A stretch of 63,422 bases of DNA, filler included, from Octopus bimaculoides (taxonomy: Eukaryota), in the NCBI RefSeq assembly GCF_001194135.2. It is 6 parts of 5 records of this genome, joined end to end, with 100 filler letters (N's around TTAATTAATTAA, not from the genome) between each part and the next. Parts side by side here need not be neighbours in the genome. Positions count along the whole stretch, not along the records: positions 34,350 to 42,803 come from NC_068984.1; positions 42,904 to 52,044 come from NC_068986.1; 4 more parts are not named here. One strand, written 5' to 3'. A program made the position numbers and the translations under genes. Of the stretch, positions 38,031 through 51,537 are shown piece by piece; position 1 is the stretch's first letter, and each line of letters starts with the position of its first letter. The notes beneath the pieces are model-generated. The model saw only the letters and a list, made by a program, of their open reading frames with translations, had not been told where the DNA came from and ran no database searches.

Positions 38031-41000
38031 TGGGTTTGCCTAGGACCAACAAATGTAGGAGAAAGAAAAAGCAAAGTTACAGACGCAGTGATGACAATTC
38101 AATATCAACAAAATCTGGGAAAGGAAGGCCTCAGGTCAAATCAGGTGTGGGTGCCTGCATCGTTGCAGTACTGCATTCACCATTTGTCCGGTGTATTCCC
38201 AGGTCCTTCCGGATGACTCGTCGAGCGGAATCCCAGTCCGTTCCCCATTTCTGCGTGATACTTCTTCTCATCTGCCGTGACCTTGTGGTATGTGGTCGAC
38301 CAACACGAGCCGGATCTTTAGTGAACAGAACACATTAAGCAGGGTCTAACTCAGAAAATCGAGCAACACAGCCAAACAGTCTGAGTTGGTGCTCCCAAAT
38401 CATACAAGTAACAGGACACATCCCAGTTTCTAAGTAGAGTCGTTAGTCGGATACGAAATCCCGATCAATGGAAACCCTTAATCCTGCAAAGGATTTTCCT
38501 CTCAGGGAGAATACGCCCACAAGATTGAAGACAGAACACCTTAAAATGTAGTTAAATGTAGGTATTAGGTCATCTTCGATTAATATATAAATCAATTTTT
38601 TACTCATCATAAAAATGGAGCTTAGTACCAATTCATAGAAAATATCTGTTATCTTTAGCAAAGCATGAATCTCGTATCACCCAAATTTTTACTTCGATAA
38701 AATAGAGATTTTTGTTCACAATACTACAATAGTTTGTCACAGAAATGTAATATTTTCATTATCAGAATTACTAAACAATTAATCATTTAGACTTCATGAT
38801 ATCAGATACGGCGTATTATATGGCAACTTTTAGCTTATCTAAAATATTTCCATATGGATTTGAACCTGCATAAGCAATTTATGGAAATAAAGTTTTTAAA
38901 ATGTTAGTGTATCCATCCATAAAACAACGACCAGCCGTGCAAAGGTTTTGTTATTGTTGTTTAGTTTCTACTTGTCTACTTAAAAATATTTGAGGCGACC
39001 TTGTCTTATTGCCTTTGTTAAAACGGCCAGATGCAGTAGAAAGGACATTAAGCGGCTGTTTCTAATAGGTTGAGCGTTGGTATACAAACTTTTTTGTTTG
39101 GTTTCAGCCATGAAAAGTTTTGTTGTTCGAGCATAGATGTGATCTCACCGCGATTTAACCATGACAGAATTAAAAAAAAAAAAAAATACAGTAAAGCTTT
39201 GATTTCAATTTTGTAAAAACTTATATTATGGAAGAATCATGACTATTGTTTAGGATTTGTATTTTAATATGGTTTTGTATTATATATCATACACATACGT
39301 GGTATATAAATATAATAAAAATTTTATGACAAAAAAAAAAAACGCTCGGATATATTGGGCACTCCCCAATTTCAGCAGCATATATTCAGAAAACAAGTTT
39401 TTCTGTGCATTAAAGCACGTAATATCTAAAGCAATCTAGCGCATCATAAAATATTACTAAAGTATCTTAGCTATAGCAAAGAACATTACAGTATATAAAA
39501 ATTAGTAACATAGCTTGAGCATAGAGTTGGAAATCGCCATAGTGAAAATACCTTACATGGTTACAATAATAAAACAAAGTAGAAAAACGTTTAATATTAA
39601 GCAAGCTTCACTACAGTTGAACACAATCTAAAATACAACAATAAAATATTTAATCATCTTCAATGTTTCAGTAAATATTATTACGGAGCCAGGTAAGGCG
39701 ACGAGCCGGAAGAATCATTACCATACCGGACAAAATGCTTTGTGTTATTGCATTTCTTCCGACTTTACGTTCTGAATTCAAATGTTGCTGGAGTCGACTT
39801 TTCCTTTCATACCTAGAATAATGACGAAAAAGCCAGGTCTATTAGTTCTAGATAGAAGATAACTAACTAATTGTCGTGACGTGGAATCGCTGTTTCTGAT
39901 TATTGTAATTATCGTTTATTCTTTTGTTATCCGCTGACGTCACTAAAAGTTGAATACTAAACTAGCGTTTCTTAGAATTTCTTCTTAACGTTCTTTTTGT
40001 ATGCGTTCGTGTTCTGGAGATATTTTCTTAGTTCATTTGGAATGTAACTAATTTTGGATTGCCTTGAAAACGTTGTGTTAACATGTATTTTCGAATATAT
40101 TTATTTGAATGATATTTTCTGTTTCTAAATGTATGTTGCTACAGCAGAGACGATCGACTGCATTGTATGATGAAGTCAACAATTAAAGATGTGATTTTCT
40201 CTATCCGTATTTTTGTTACCTAAAAACTCTGAATTTCTTGAATCTACTTGAATCTACTTGTCATACACAAGGAATTACTTTGGATGTTAATTCTACTTGC
40301 ATTTATTGGTCTTTGTTTGATATCGTTAACTAAGTTCGTTTAAAACTGAGTACTTAATTGATATCTACCTGAATTTTTTAATCCTTTTTTCTTATTATAT
40401 ACTCTTTAATTCTCTTCATTTAAAAGTGCTAACAGCAGATTATCTTTTGAAATGGGGAAAGTTTTTATGGACACATTTTTAAAGGACAACCCTGTACCGC
40501 CTTGGAAAGAATATATGAAAAATCACATTGATAAGACCAACTCACCTATTCATCGCATGAGGTGGATTGCATACTACTTCGACAAAAAGAATGACTGTAG
40601 TGGTCAATTTGACAATGATCCTAATAGTATTTTTTTCTACTCTAGGCACAAAGCCTGAATTTTGGAGAAGGGAGGGCCAGTCGGTAATATCGACCCCAGA
40701 TTTACAAGTTGATGATCAAACTGAACCGTACACACCCAACTCCACCAGAATTAACTTTAAAGACCATAAACCCAATCAGAGTAGTGGACACAACGGAGTC
40801 CAAATAACGGCCAAAGGCTAGCTCTTACCTACTACATTCAAATGCACGTATATATAATAAAGGGGAAAGATTCACAGAAATAACAATAGTATAGAACAGA
40901 GGTGAAATAAATATCAGAGTTGCTTTGCCTCACACAGAAACTGCAGGAGCTGATCAGAGGTGCTGCAAGTTTTTGCTGAAAACCTTTCTGTATCGTCAAC

Positions 41001-41371
41001 AGGTATCTCAGGACTGCAAGCGCTTCGCCCTTTAGCCTGTGCGCTTCGTCAGAGTGGAGCAGCGACAACTGACATAGAATTGTCTTGTATGACATTTACT
41101 AGTGTACTTGAGAATTAGTTTGTTTTGTTGCTATGAGAACATATATTGATTATTACGTCATCATATCACAGATAAATATTACGTAAAAGACATCGAGGCT
41201 GGATGAACATTTGTAATATATACATACGTACATACAAGTATACATATACATACATAGGCGCTTGTATAGGATGCAGTCTACCGCGGTGTCAAACAGGGTT
41301 ATCTACCTTATCTTTCAGATATTCCAGTGATCAGTTTTTTTCAGAATGATAACTTTAGTATCTAACCATGA

Positions 41372-41900
41372 TCACTCAATGCCCTGAGTGTGTGCATCGG
41401 TCACTGGATCCACATAATGTCGTTGATGGTTCACTATCAGATGGTGATAACCTATGGCATTTAAATTATTATAAGTGCACCACTCATCTGAAGGAATTAG
41501 TGAACCTTTTACACATTCTCTTTCGATAATTAGGATCAGACTATTGCCGTCACGCCGTTCCACATAAAAGTATAAACAGTCTGAGCCTTGTTGAAAACCA
41601 AAAATCCACGGCCGATCAATTCTACGTCCATGGTTCCTGTCGTTTCGTTGTTCTGCATCACTGTCTTCGAAGAGAGAAGCGCTGTCACCATTCAGCATTC
41701 TTCCTCAATCGTATTTTCATCGACCACCAACAAATCTTGCTTCGTCGATCTTCCCTCGTCGTTCATGATAAACTATAGCTCCACACACCTCGCGGCACAT
41801 ATTGTGCCAGTCAGTTATTGTATTTTTAGATTTTCCTGTTAGAGTCACTGCTGTGGTCATGGGTATAGCCATAACAAAGAAAAATATTAGTTCTAAAATC
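41372..41900 (-). mobile_element. Merlin (IS1016/ISXO2-like) transposase remnant
   Basis: DWHNMCREVC..IDEARF..GR...WIFG...FYVERRDGNSL..IIERE...GS.I.SDEW..YNNL...GYHHL.VNH....VDPVT.AHTQGIE. Confidence 0.88.
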
Positions 41901-42971
41901 TCACTCAGGCTCAGCTTGCAGTTTAATTTGTTGTTAATGTTTGTATAATGGAAAAATTGGTTTCCTTTATTAACTGAACGTTTAAGGTAGATAACCCTGG
42001 CTATACTGTTTGACAACGTGGTAGGTCGCAAAAATATAAATAAATAAAAAAGGAAAGGAAGAAAGAAAACGCGCCCCAACAAACTTCCGCAATATTCAGG
42101 ATCCCACATATATTATTCATGTACCACTGATTAATTTACCATGTTTTTCTCTCTTTTTATATTTTAACGAGACTGTCAATTACAACTCCAACCTTGTTTC
42201 TTTGGCAATAGAGATAAATGTATAAAATTTAGCATTACGTTACCCTTGGAGTTTATCTCCCTTAGATATTGCTGCTATTAAGAGTCACCTCCCTTCTCTT
42301 AGGAAACTCAACATCGGACACTTTTTTATTTATTTATGTTATTAATAAATCCCTTACGTTCTGACTTCACGTTCCGCCGAGGTCGATTTTGCCATTCATC
42401 CTTTTGGGATCGATAACTTAAGTACTAGTGAAACACCGGAGTCAATGTAATCGACTAATCCCCTTCTCCAAAATGTTCAGAGCCTTGTGCCTAGAGTAGA
42501 AATAATATTATTATCAAGTCTGTTATGTTCTGATTTGAAATTCTGCCAAAGTCGACTTTGCATTTCATCCTTTCGGGGTCGATAAACTAAGTACCATTTG
42601 CGTACTGGGGTCGATCTAACCGACTATTCCCTCCCCCAAATTTCAGTCCTTGTGCCTAGAGTAGAAAAGAATATTTATTAAGTCCTTTACGTTCTGAGTT
42701 CAAAATCCGCCGAGGTTGACTTTGCGTACTGGGGTCCATCTAATCGACTAGCCCTTCGCCACAAAAAAAAAATTCAGGCCTTGAGCTTAGAGTAGAGAAG
42801 ATTNNNNNNNNNNNNNNNNNNNNNNNNNNNNNNNNNNNNNNNNNNNNTTAATTAATTAANNNNNNNNNNNNNNNNNNNNNNNNNNNNNNNNNNNNNNNNN
42901 NNNCGATCTGTCTGTCTGTCTGTCTGTCTATATGTTTGCCTGCGTGTCTGTCTAAATGTTTATCTATGTAC

Positions 42972-43019
<48 letters not shown>

Positions 43020-43022
43020 ATA

Positions 43023-43053
<31 letters not shown>

Positions 43054-43270
43054 CTCTGTCTATATGTCTGTCTGTTTATCAATCTAAATTTCTATCTCAC
43101 TATATTTCCGGCGTTTTCTTTCTGTTCGCCTCACTTTTTCCTTTCTTTCTCTCTCTCTCTGTTATTTTTTCTTTAATTCTCTTTGTTTCTTCTTCCCTAT
43201 CTGTCTATCTACTTATCTATCTATCTCTCTACCAATCTATCTGTCTGTCTGTCTATTTATCCATCTATCC

Positions 43271-43317
<47 letters not shown>

Positions 43318-44426
43318 AAAATTTCTATCTATATGACCGGTGTTTTCTTTCTGTTTGCCTCATTCTTTTTTTCCTTTATTTCTCTCTTTCTTATGTCTTT
43401 CTTTGTTTCGCTTTCTTTTCTTCAAGCTGTGCCATTTCCTTTCAAGCTATCTCTGTCTTCTTTTCCCTCATTCCCCATTCAATTGCTATCTACTTTTCGC
43501 CAAGAAATCTTTCCTATTGCTTTCGTTCAGCGTACGAGGTGAGAGCTGCGGAGTTATATCAGTCGCGGAAGATGGATCCTTGAAGCTAAGCATCTTAGCA
43601 AATGCAATTTAAATCTGTAGTTTCTTTCCCTCCTTTTCCTTTTATTATCACTGATGCTGTTATTTACTTTTGTTGCTTTTTACCTCCAACTCAGTTCTCA
43701 TTGAGAAGACCTAAGATGAAAGTTCTTTTTTAACAACGCCATTCTGCTTTTTTTTTTCTTTTTTTGGACAAAATATCTCAAAGCCTACATTCTATAACGT
43801 ACCCTACTCTTTTTTTTTATCGTGGCATGGTGTAACTTTATAGAAATTTGGCTGCTATTTCTACCAGATGGATTGACAACATACTGGTTAATTACTATTT
43901 AAATTACTGTTTTGTTCTCAAGGCTTACACTGCTTCGTTTTGAGTTTTACTTTTGGTTTGTTTGTTTGTTTTCTTATGGATTATTTGGAGACTTTGTCAA
44001 CGAACAGATTCAAATTTCAAGAAGAGTGAACGGTTTCCCTCCACTGCCATGCAGGCTTCCTCACTGGTTGGGTTACTCTGATGTTGTTGTTGTTGTTGTT
44101 CTTAAGACCTCAGCCTTTTGCAGCTCAGCGTCCCTTTTACTAATTGTTTTTTTATAAATGTTCCCTCTCCTGCTTAGTTTAAGAAGCTCGCTTTGCAATC
44201 ACGTGATTTCGGGTTCAACCCTACTGCGCGGCACCTTAAGCAAGTGTTTTCTACTCTAGCCTTGGATCCTCCAATGTCTTGTCAAGGAATTTGGTAGACA
44301 GAAACTCTGTGGGAGTCCATGGTATGTGTGCGTGTGTGCGTGCGCGCGCATGTGTATGCGCGTGTGTGTATGTGTGTCTAAGCGCATGTGTGAGTGTGTG
44401 TGTGTATGTGTGAGTATATATCTATC

Positions 44427-44532
<106 letters not shown>

Positions 44533-45899
44533 TGTGTGTGAGTATGTATGTATATATATATGTGTGTGTGTGTGTGTATATATATGTTTATGTATGTCTT
44601 TCTACTTGTTTTCCCCACTACCAAGACCGCCATTGCCATTACCGTTTGACAACTGATGTTGGTTTGTTTAAGTCGCCGTAACTTAGCGTTTCGGCCAAAG
44701 ACACCGATAGAATAATTACCGAGTTATTTCTAAGGCGGTGAGCTGGTAGAATCGTTAGCACACCGGGCGAAATGTTAAGCAGCATTTCGTCCGTCTTGAC
44801 GTTCTGCGTTCAAATTTCGTCATGGTCAACTTTGCCTTCTTTTCCTTTCGAAATCGATAGAATAAGTACCAGTCGAGCACTGGGGTCGATGTAATCGACT
44901 AGCACCCTACCCACAAAATTTCAGACTTTATGCCCACATAAGAAATATTATTAATTATATTTCTTTGTAACAAAATTATGTATAACACACTTTTCAAGAC
45001 GATATATTAATGGCATTTTCAAAGGCTTTAAATTCTTCTTCAACATCAACATCATCATCATCATTTAATGTCTGTTTGTCATACTAGCGTGAGTTAGAAT
45101 AATTGGATGGTTTTGCAAGAACTTGTAAACCAGAGGACTGCACCACACTTCAATGTCTGCTTTGGCATGGTTTCTACAGCTAAAAGCCCTCCCGAATGCC
45201 AACCACTTTATAGAGTGCAGAAGTTTCTTTTTTATATACGTGGCACCGACACCAGTGAGGTCACCAAGTATCTCACAAGACAAGGATCTCCTCAACTGAG
45301 TGTGGTAGCAGTATTCGCAGCGAATCTAGAAACACTTCTTGTTGCTATTGTTCTTGTTGCTGTTAAACTAGACCTGTTGCGGCCATGGTTGTTGTTATCT
45401 TTCTTCTTGCTGTAGTTGCTGTTGTTGTTGTTGTCATCGTCGTTGTCGTTGTTGTTGTTGTTGTTGTGACTGATAGTGTCATGGTTGCATGTCTTCTACT
45501 GTAAGCAGGTTGCATCAACTCACGCGTCTCTCTTGCAATGTCTTCTTCATGTTCTTACATAGCTAAAAGTGTAGTGAATCGGCAAAATAATTTTAGCGTC
45601 AGAATAGATACTTTGCGTTATTTCTTCCGACACCTAAGGTTCTGCGTTCAATTCCCGTCAGAGTCAGCTTTGCCGTTCGTCCTTCCAGGGTCGACAAAAT
45701 AAGGTGCCAGTCAATTAGTGAAGTCGATAATATTGATTAATCCTTTCTATCAATATTGCTGGCCTTGGTGCCAACATCAGAAATCGTTCTTACATAACAA
45801 AAATTAATAAGCTCTTTTTTTTTCATATTGTGCATCTAGAACTACATTGTTCAATGTGTCTATCCTCAGTGTAGTTGTGGTTTAAAAAAAAAAAAGGTA

Positions 45900-46140
45900 T
45901 CTTCTCGAGTCATACTGACTCACAAGCGCCGGTCTCCTGGATTCCATAGCGTATAAATTCCCCACCTGGGTGGGACGCTGGTCCGTCACAGGATTACTCA
46001 TTTCACCTGGTGAGTGGACAGGAGCAACATGAAATGAAGTGTTTTGCTCACGAACACAACGCGTCGCCTGGTCGAGTAATCGAAACTACATTTTTACGAT
46101 CATGAGTCTAACATCCTAGCCACTAAGCCACGCACCTCCA
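45900..46140 (-). mobile_element. tRNA-derived SINE family C (second copy at 59251-59467, +)
   Basis: TGGCTTAGTGG box A, GTTTCGATT box B, GAGCAAAACACTTCATTTCA, ATGAGTAATCCTG.GACGG, GGTGGGGAATTTATACGC shared between the two copies. Confidence 0.8.
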
Positions 46141-46358
46141 CAGTTGTGGTTTAGCACAGGGCTAAATCTTATTCAGAAACCGTGACCATCATGTTTTTAT
46201 TAAACTGTAGACTTCTGTGCTCATCGTATCCTTATATTTTAAGCTGATAAAGCGTGAAATAGAAGAGATTTTACTGCCATTTCATGCAAACAGCAACAAG
46301 AATCATTATGAACATAATGATCTTGATAACGATGGCGTCAATATAACTGGTCTGTTCA

Positions 46359-46576
46359 AGGCGGCGAGCTGGTAGAATGGTTAGTACACCTGGTGAAATG
46401 CTTAGCGGTATTTCGTCTGCCTTTATGTTCTGAGTTCAAATTTCGCCGAGGTCGACTTTGCCTTTCACCCTTTTGGGGATGAAAGGCAAAGTACCAGTTG
46501 CGTAATGGGGTCGATCTAATCGACTGGACCCCCTCCCCCAAAATTTCGGGCCTTGTGCCAAGAGTAGAAAAGAATA
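46359..46576 (+). mobile_element. Full-length SINE A copy with flanking direct repeat
   Basis: Complete head and body; ATATAACTGGT(C/T)TGT occurs on both sides (TSD-like). Confidence 0.85.
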
Positions 46577-46679
46577 TAACTGGTTTGTGTGTGTGTATGT
46601 TTGTGTGTGTGTATGTTTGTGTGTGTGTGTGCTTTACCCATGGCGTTCTAGCAAAAATATGATGCTCGGCCTCGCATTG

Positions 46680-47015
46680 TTACTTTCTTTGTTGCTGTTG
46701 TTATTATGATGATGATGACGACGACGATGGTGATGATGACAATGATGATGATAACGATGATGATGATGATGACAGATGAATAGGAAGGTCTAGTTGTTCT
46801 TGTTAGTATTGTTGTTGTTGATGATGATGATGTGGTGATGGCGGCGGCGGCAACGACGATAAAGATAATGGCGGCTGCACTAGCGATGACGATGTTTTAC
46901 TAATCATCTTCTAGTTAGTTTTGAGGTTCGGTTACTTCTGCTTTTGTTATCGTTGTTTTCCCTGCTGCTGCTGCTGCTGCTGCTGTTGTTGTTGTTGTTG
47001 TTGTTGCTGTTGTTG
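46680..47015. repeat. Compound trinucleotide microsatellite cluster (GAT/GAC/GTT/GCT/GCG)
   Basis: Read directly. Confidence 0.9.
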
Positions 47016-47583
47016 CTAAGTACAGTCTCGTGTACCATATCAATGTTAAGGGAGCCTGAGCCGGTTCGTTCTCTATGTTGTTTATCTTTAAAAGAGAACA
47101 CACGGCGTCTCTAGAAACGCTCTCCCCACCAACCCCACCGCCATCTCTATCTCTGTCTGCCCTCACACACCTCAACAGTTAGTCTCCCTATTTAACAAGA
47201 CCCTTCTGACAGCTCCCGTTTCTCACACCATTTCTATACTATAACATCATCCATCTGTTTGTCTTGGCTGTGGGTTGTGCGTTGGGGAGAAAGAGAGGGG
47301 AAGAAAGAGAGAAATATAGGGAAAGAGAGAGAAAGAGTGGAGACAGATAGACTGAGAGAGAGAGAGAGAGAGAAAGTAAGATAAGACTATGAGTGTATGG
47401 AAAAGAAAAGAAGAAAAAAAAGAAGATAATCAGATAGAAAATAGAGTAGGAGGAGGGGAAGGAGAAAGAAAATATGTAGGTGAATATGAGAGAGGAAGAA
47501 AGAAAAAGAAAAAGAAATAGATCTGATTGCATGTTTATGCGTGTGTGCGTTCTTGTATGCGTGTGCATTTGTATATGCATGTA

Positions 47584-47656
<73 letters not shown>

Positions 47657-50600
47657 AACAGACAGACAGACAGGCTGTAATTGAGAAAGAGACGGCTAGA
47701 GAGAGGGAGAGAGAGTGAGAGTGACAAAAAGAGAGAGTGTGAGAGTGACAAAAAGAGAGAGAGTGAGAGTGACAAAAAGAGAGAGAGAGAGAGATTGCGG
47801 TACACAATATGTGTGTATGTGTGATTGTGCATGCGTGAGGTGGGGCATTGCAGTCCGTATAAGAAAATAACTTCACTTAACACTCAGCTATATCAGGTCA
47901 CGTGATAGCGTTGCTATTTGGATTATTGGACGTCATTGCATTGCATTCCACTTCTCTATCTTTTTTTTCTTCTCCCATTTCCTCCCCCACCCTCTTTTTT
48001 TTAAACTTATTTTCTTCCTTTCCTTCTTTCTTTTTTGCGAATACCTTTCAGTAGAGTTCCTTTTACGGCGAGTAGAAACCCTGGTCTGATTTCGACTCAA
48101 GGGAATACGCATCTCTGCAACTAATTCTTATTCTTCAATTATAAATGTGAAGTCTGTTTGAAGTAAGAAATTTTTAAAAAATGAAAAATTAGTCCAATAC
48201 TACGAAATCAGCTTGATTCCAGTATGATGTTGTAAAGGGATATTTTAGCGAAGTCCAACAGAAAGAAGTATGTTAACACTTCGTTCTTCCTCCTTCATGT
48301 TTTAAGAATACTTTATTCTTTAAACCAGTGGTTTTCAAGTGGGATCCATATGGCTTTGGGTATCCATATAAGATTTTGTTGTTAAAATGTATGTGCAAGA
48401 AATTGGTTACATACTTTTACAATACACAAAATATTTTTCAGATTTTTTTTTTTACAATTCCAAATATTTAATTACAAAAACAAAATAGGATTTTTGAAAA
48501 ATCGAATGGCTATAAGAGTGCATCTGAATAAAATAGAATAGAAATCAAAGTGGTCCATAGGTGAAAGAATGGTTGAGAACTATTGCTTTAAAACCATAAA
48601 TGTAGTAAACACATGCATATAGGAGACAAAGAATAAACCGAATCTGGAATGTCTTCGATTATAGATTGGTTCAATCAAATTTGACTTGAGGCTAAACAGC
48701 AACGTCAACATGAAACACACTGGCGTACATGTTCATACACACGAATATACACGGATGCACTCACACATACATACACATATTTTTACAAACCTCACTGAAT
48801 GCTCTTTTCTAACTATGCTTTATTCTAACACTAGCAAAAAATAAAATAGTCATACTGTATTGTGTTTGTGACAAGCCTTCTATTCTGCAGACAGAAACAA
48901 TATATCTTTAACTGAGAAAGATGGCTAGATAGCAGAAAGTTAGCATGCCAGGGGAAATACTTAGCATCATTAAGTCTGTCTTTATATTCTCAGTTCAAAT
49001 TCCGCTGAGGTCGACTTTACCTTTCATTCTTTCGAGATCGACAAAATAAGTACCAGTTGAGCACAAATTACTGACCTTGTGCTAAAATATAGAAGTAATA
49101 TATTTTTCATCTGACAGAAGAAACAATCCTCGTTTTGAAATTGGTTCTACAGCTTTCATTAAATATTGTTTTTACGTACTAATTATTTTTCACCATTTAC
49201 CAGGCTAATTTTTGCCGGAAATAAATGTCGATGTAGTCGATTGAATTAGTCGTAATACATGGACACAGCCAGGGTCTCGGCTAAGGGTGTTTTCAGTTAT
49301 TAAAATGAACCTATCGTTAACCGTCCTTTTCGTGCACACACACAAAATAATTAAAATGAATATTAAATAATACCTTCACATTTTGGCACAAAGATAGCAA
49401 TTTTAGAGGAGCGGGTACGTCAATTACATCAACCCCAGTACTTAACTGATACGTATTTTATCGACTCCGAAAGGATGAAAAGCAATGTTGACGTCGGTAG
49501 AATTTGAACTCAGATCGTAAAAATGAACGAAATACCACTAAAGCATTTCGCCCGGCGTGCTAACGATTCTGCCAGCTCGCCTCATTGTAAACGTTAAATA
49601 ATATATTTGCATGGAGCTGCGTGAAGGGCCGTCCGAACCTTTTTTTCCTATGTGTAGTGTATTATTCTTATTTACTAGATCGGTCCTCTGAAACTCCCTT
49701 CCAGCTCTTGTCTTCCCTGTAGAAATGGCATCAGTTCCATTGGTTTCGAAGGGCCTGCGAAGGTCATGAGCATTGGCCTTTCTTCCACACCAATCAAAGA
49801 AAGTCAAAAGAAAGTCAAAGTCGACGAATAGAAAGTTAAAATTCAGAATGTCGAGTAACTAGTAGGACACTATTGTTTCGGCCAACCCAGCATTATGACG
49901 ACGACGATGACGATGATGAATGACTTTATTTTAAGCCAAAAGGACTCGAAAGATGCAATGAAATAATAAAATGCGAAGAACGTGTTGTGTTTATACAAAG
50001 ACGAGGGGATGAATGAAAGAAAGCGGTGAGCTGGCAGAAACGATAGCACGCCGGTCGAAACGCTTCGTATTTCGTCTGCCGTTATGTTCTGAGTTCAAAT
50101 TCCGCCGAGGTCGACTTTGCCTTTCATCCTTTCGGGGTCGATAAATTAAGTACCAGCTACGCACTGGGGTCGATGTAATCGACTTAATCCCTTTGTTTGT
50201 CCCCTCTATGCCTAGCCCTTCGTGGGCAATAAAGAAATAAGAAACGATAGCACACCGGGAGAAATAGTAGTATTTCGTCTGCTGGGTTCAAATTCCGCCG
50301 AGATAAACTTTGCCTTTCAGGGTCGATAAATAAATTTCACTAATATTCTACCTTTAGGAAGTTTTATTTATTTATGTAGATTGATTCCATCTTCTGCCTT
50401 GATATTTGTGTGGAACGTTCACACACTTTTGGCATATATGGTGAATTGCATTTTCGTTGGCCTTTCGAATACATGCAAAGATTATTTCAGTGAGGCAGGG
50501 GAAATTCCTCGCTGGTAAGACTAACCCTTTAGCAGTAGTCAGATTGCTGTCAAATATGCTTATTTATTCACATTGTTTTGGATTAAGCACGCAGGATTTT

Positions 50601-51060
50601 GTTTGTAGATTGAGCTTTTGATAATGTGATTGCTATTTTTAAAATGACATTGAAAAGTAGGTGTGAGAGACTGAATCTGGCCAGTTTAAACATAAAACAA
50701 GATAAAACATAAAACAAGCCATATACGACCGGTTTAAATGCTAAAGGGTTAAAGCATTTAATTTCTATGGATGGAAGTCTTCTGGAAGACTCCTTCAATG
50801 TAATCGACGTGTCTGAGTTATACGGGATCCCTGGTTCAAGACTCGTAAGCAAGCAGCTTTCAGCCCTTTTTCCCGTCCAAGAGATTATTCACCCTACGTA
50901 TCATTTATTGCTGATTTCGATTGGAAATGCATCATTAATAAATCTTTTATCTTCTTGTTTCCGTCATTAGAGTGCGACCATGCGGGATCAGCTCCGTGAA
51001 CGGTTTTAACCGAAGAAATAACACTTAGTACTTATGTTTGCTAGTTTTTCCCTTTTGTGC

Positions 51061-51324
51061 ACATGGCTTAGTGGTTAGAGCGTCGGGCTCATAATCGTGA
51101 GGAAGTAAGTTCGATTCGGCGACCAGGCTGTGTTCTGTGTTCTTAAGTAAGACACTTTATTTCACGTTGTGTTTCCCTTGGATAACATCAGTGGCGTGGA
51201 GAGGGGAGACTGGTATGCATGGGTGACTGCTGGTCTTCCATAAACAACATTGTCTGAACTTGTGCCTTGGCGGGGAACTTTCTAGGTGTAATCCTATGGT
51301 CATTTGTGACTGAAGGCGGTCTTT
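51061..51324 (+). mobile_element. tRNA-derived SINE (family D)
   Basis: TGGCTTAGTGG box A, AGTTCGATTC box B, then TAAGACACTTTATTTCACGTTG body. Confidence 0.7.
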
Positions 51325-51537
51325 ACTCTTTATCTGAAGTTTGGTACTTGAGAGGCTAGAAATTCTTTTGCTAATGTTTTTAACTAAATTTTCAAACACT
51401 GTGTGGGGATGGCAGGAGCCTACGTTAATATAACTAAGTCTATCGTTGGGCTTCCAATAAGGTTTGTAAATATTCCTATATAAATCTAAGGATACATCTA
51501 GGAAATTGACAACCGTCAGGTTGGTATTTTCAGTCAT
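51325..51537 (-). mobile_element. Penelope-like RT C-terminal fragment
   Basis: VNFLDVSLDL..NIYKPY.KPND..SYINVGSCHP...ISKRISSLSS. Confidence 0.85.

Noticed and set aside
46950-47015. Poly-Q coding exon on the minus strand
   Set aside because: The Q frame is bounded by stops within a few codons; part of an SSR cluster.
49679-49831. Plus-strand open frame IGPLKLPSSSCLPCRNG...KVKVDE* after an AG
   Set aside because: No recognisable homology or partner exon, and surrounded by SINEs; could be chance.
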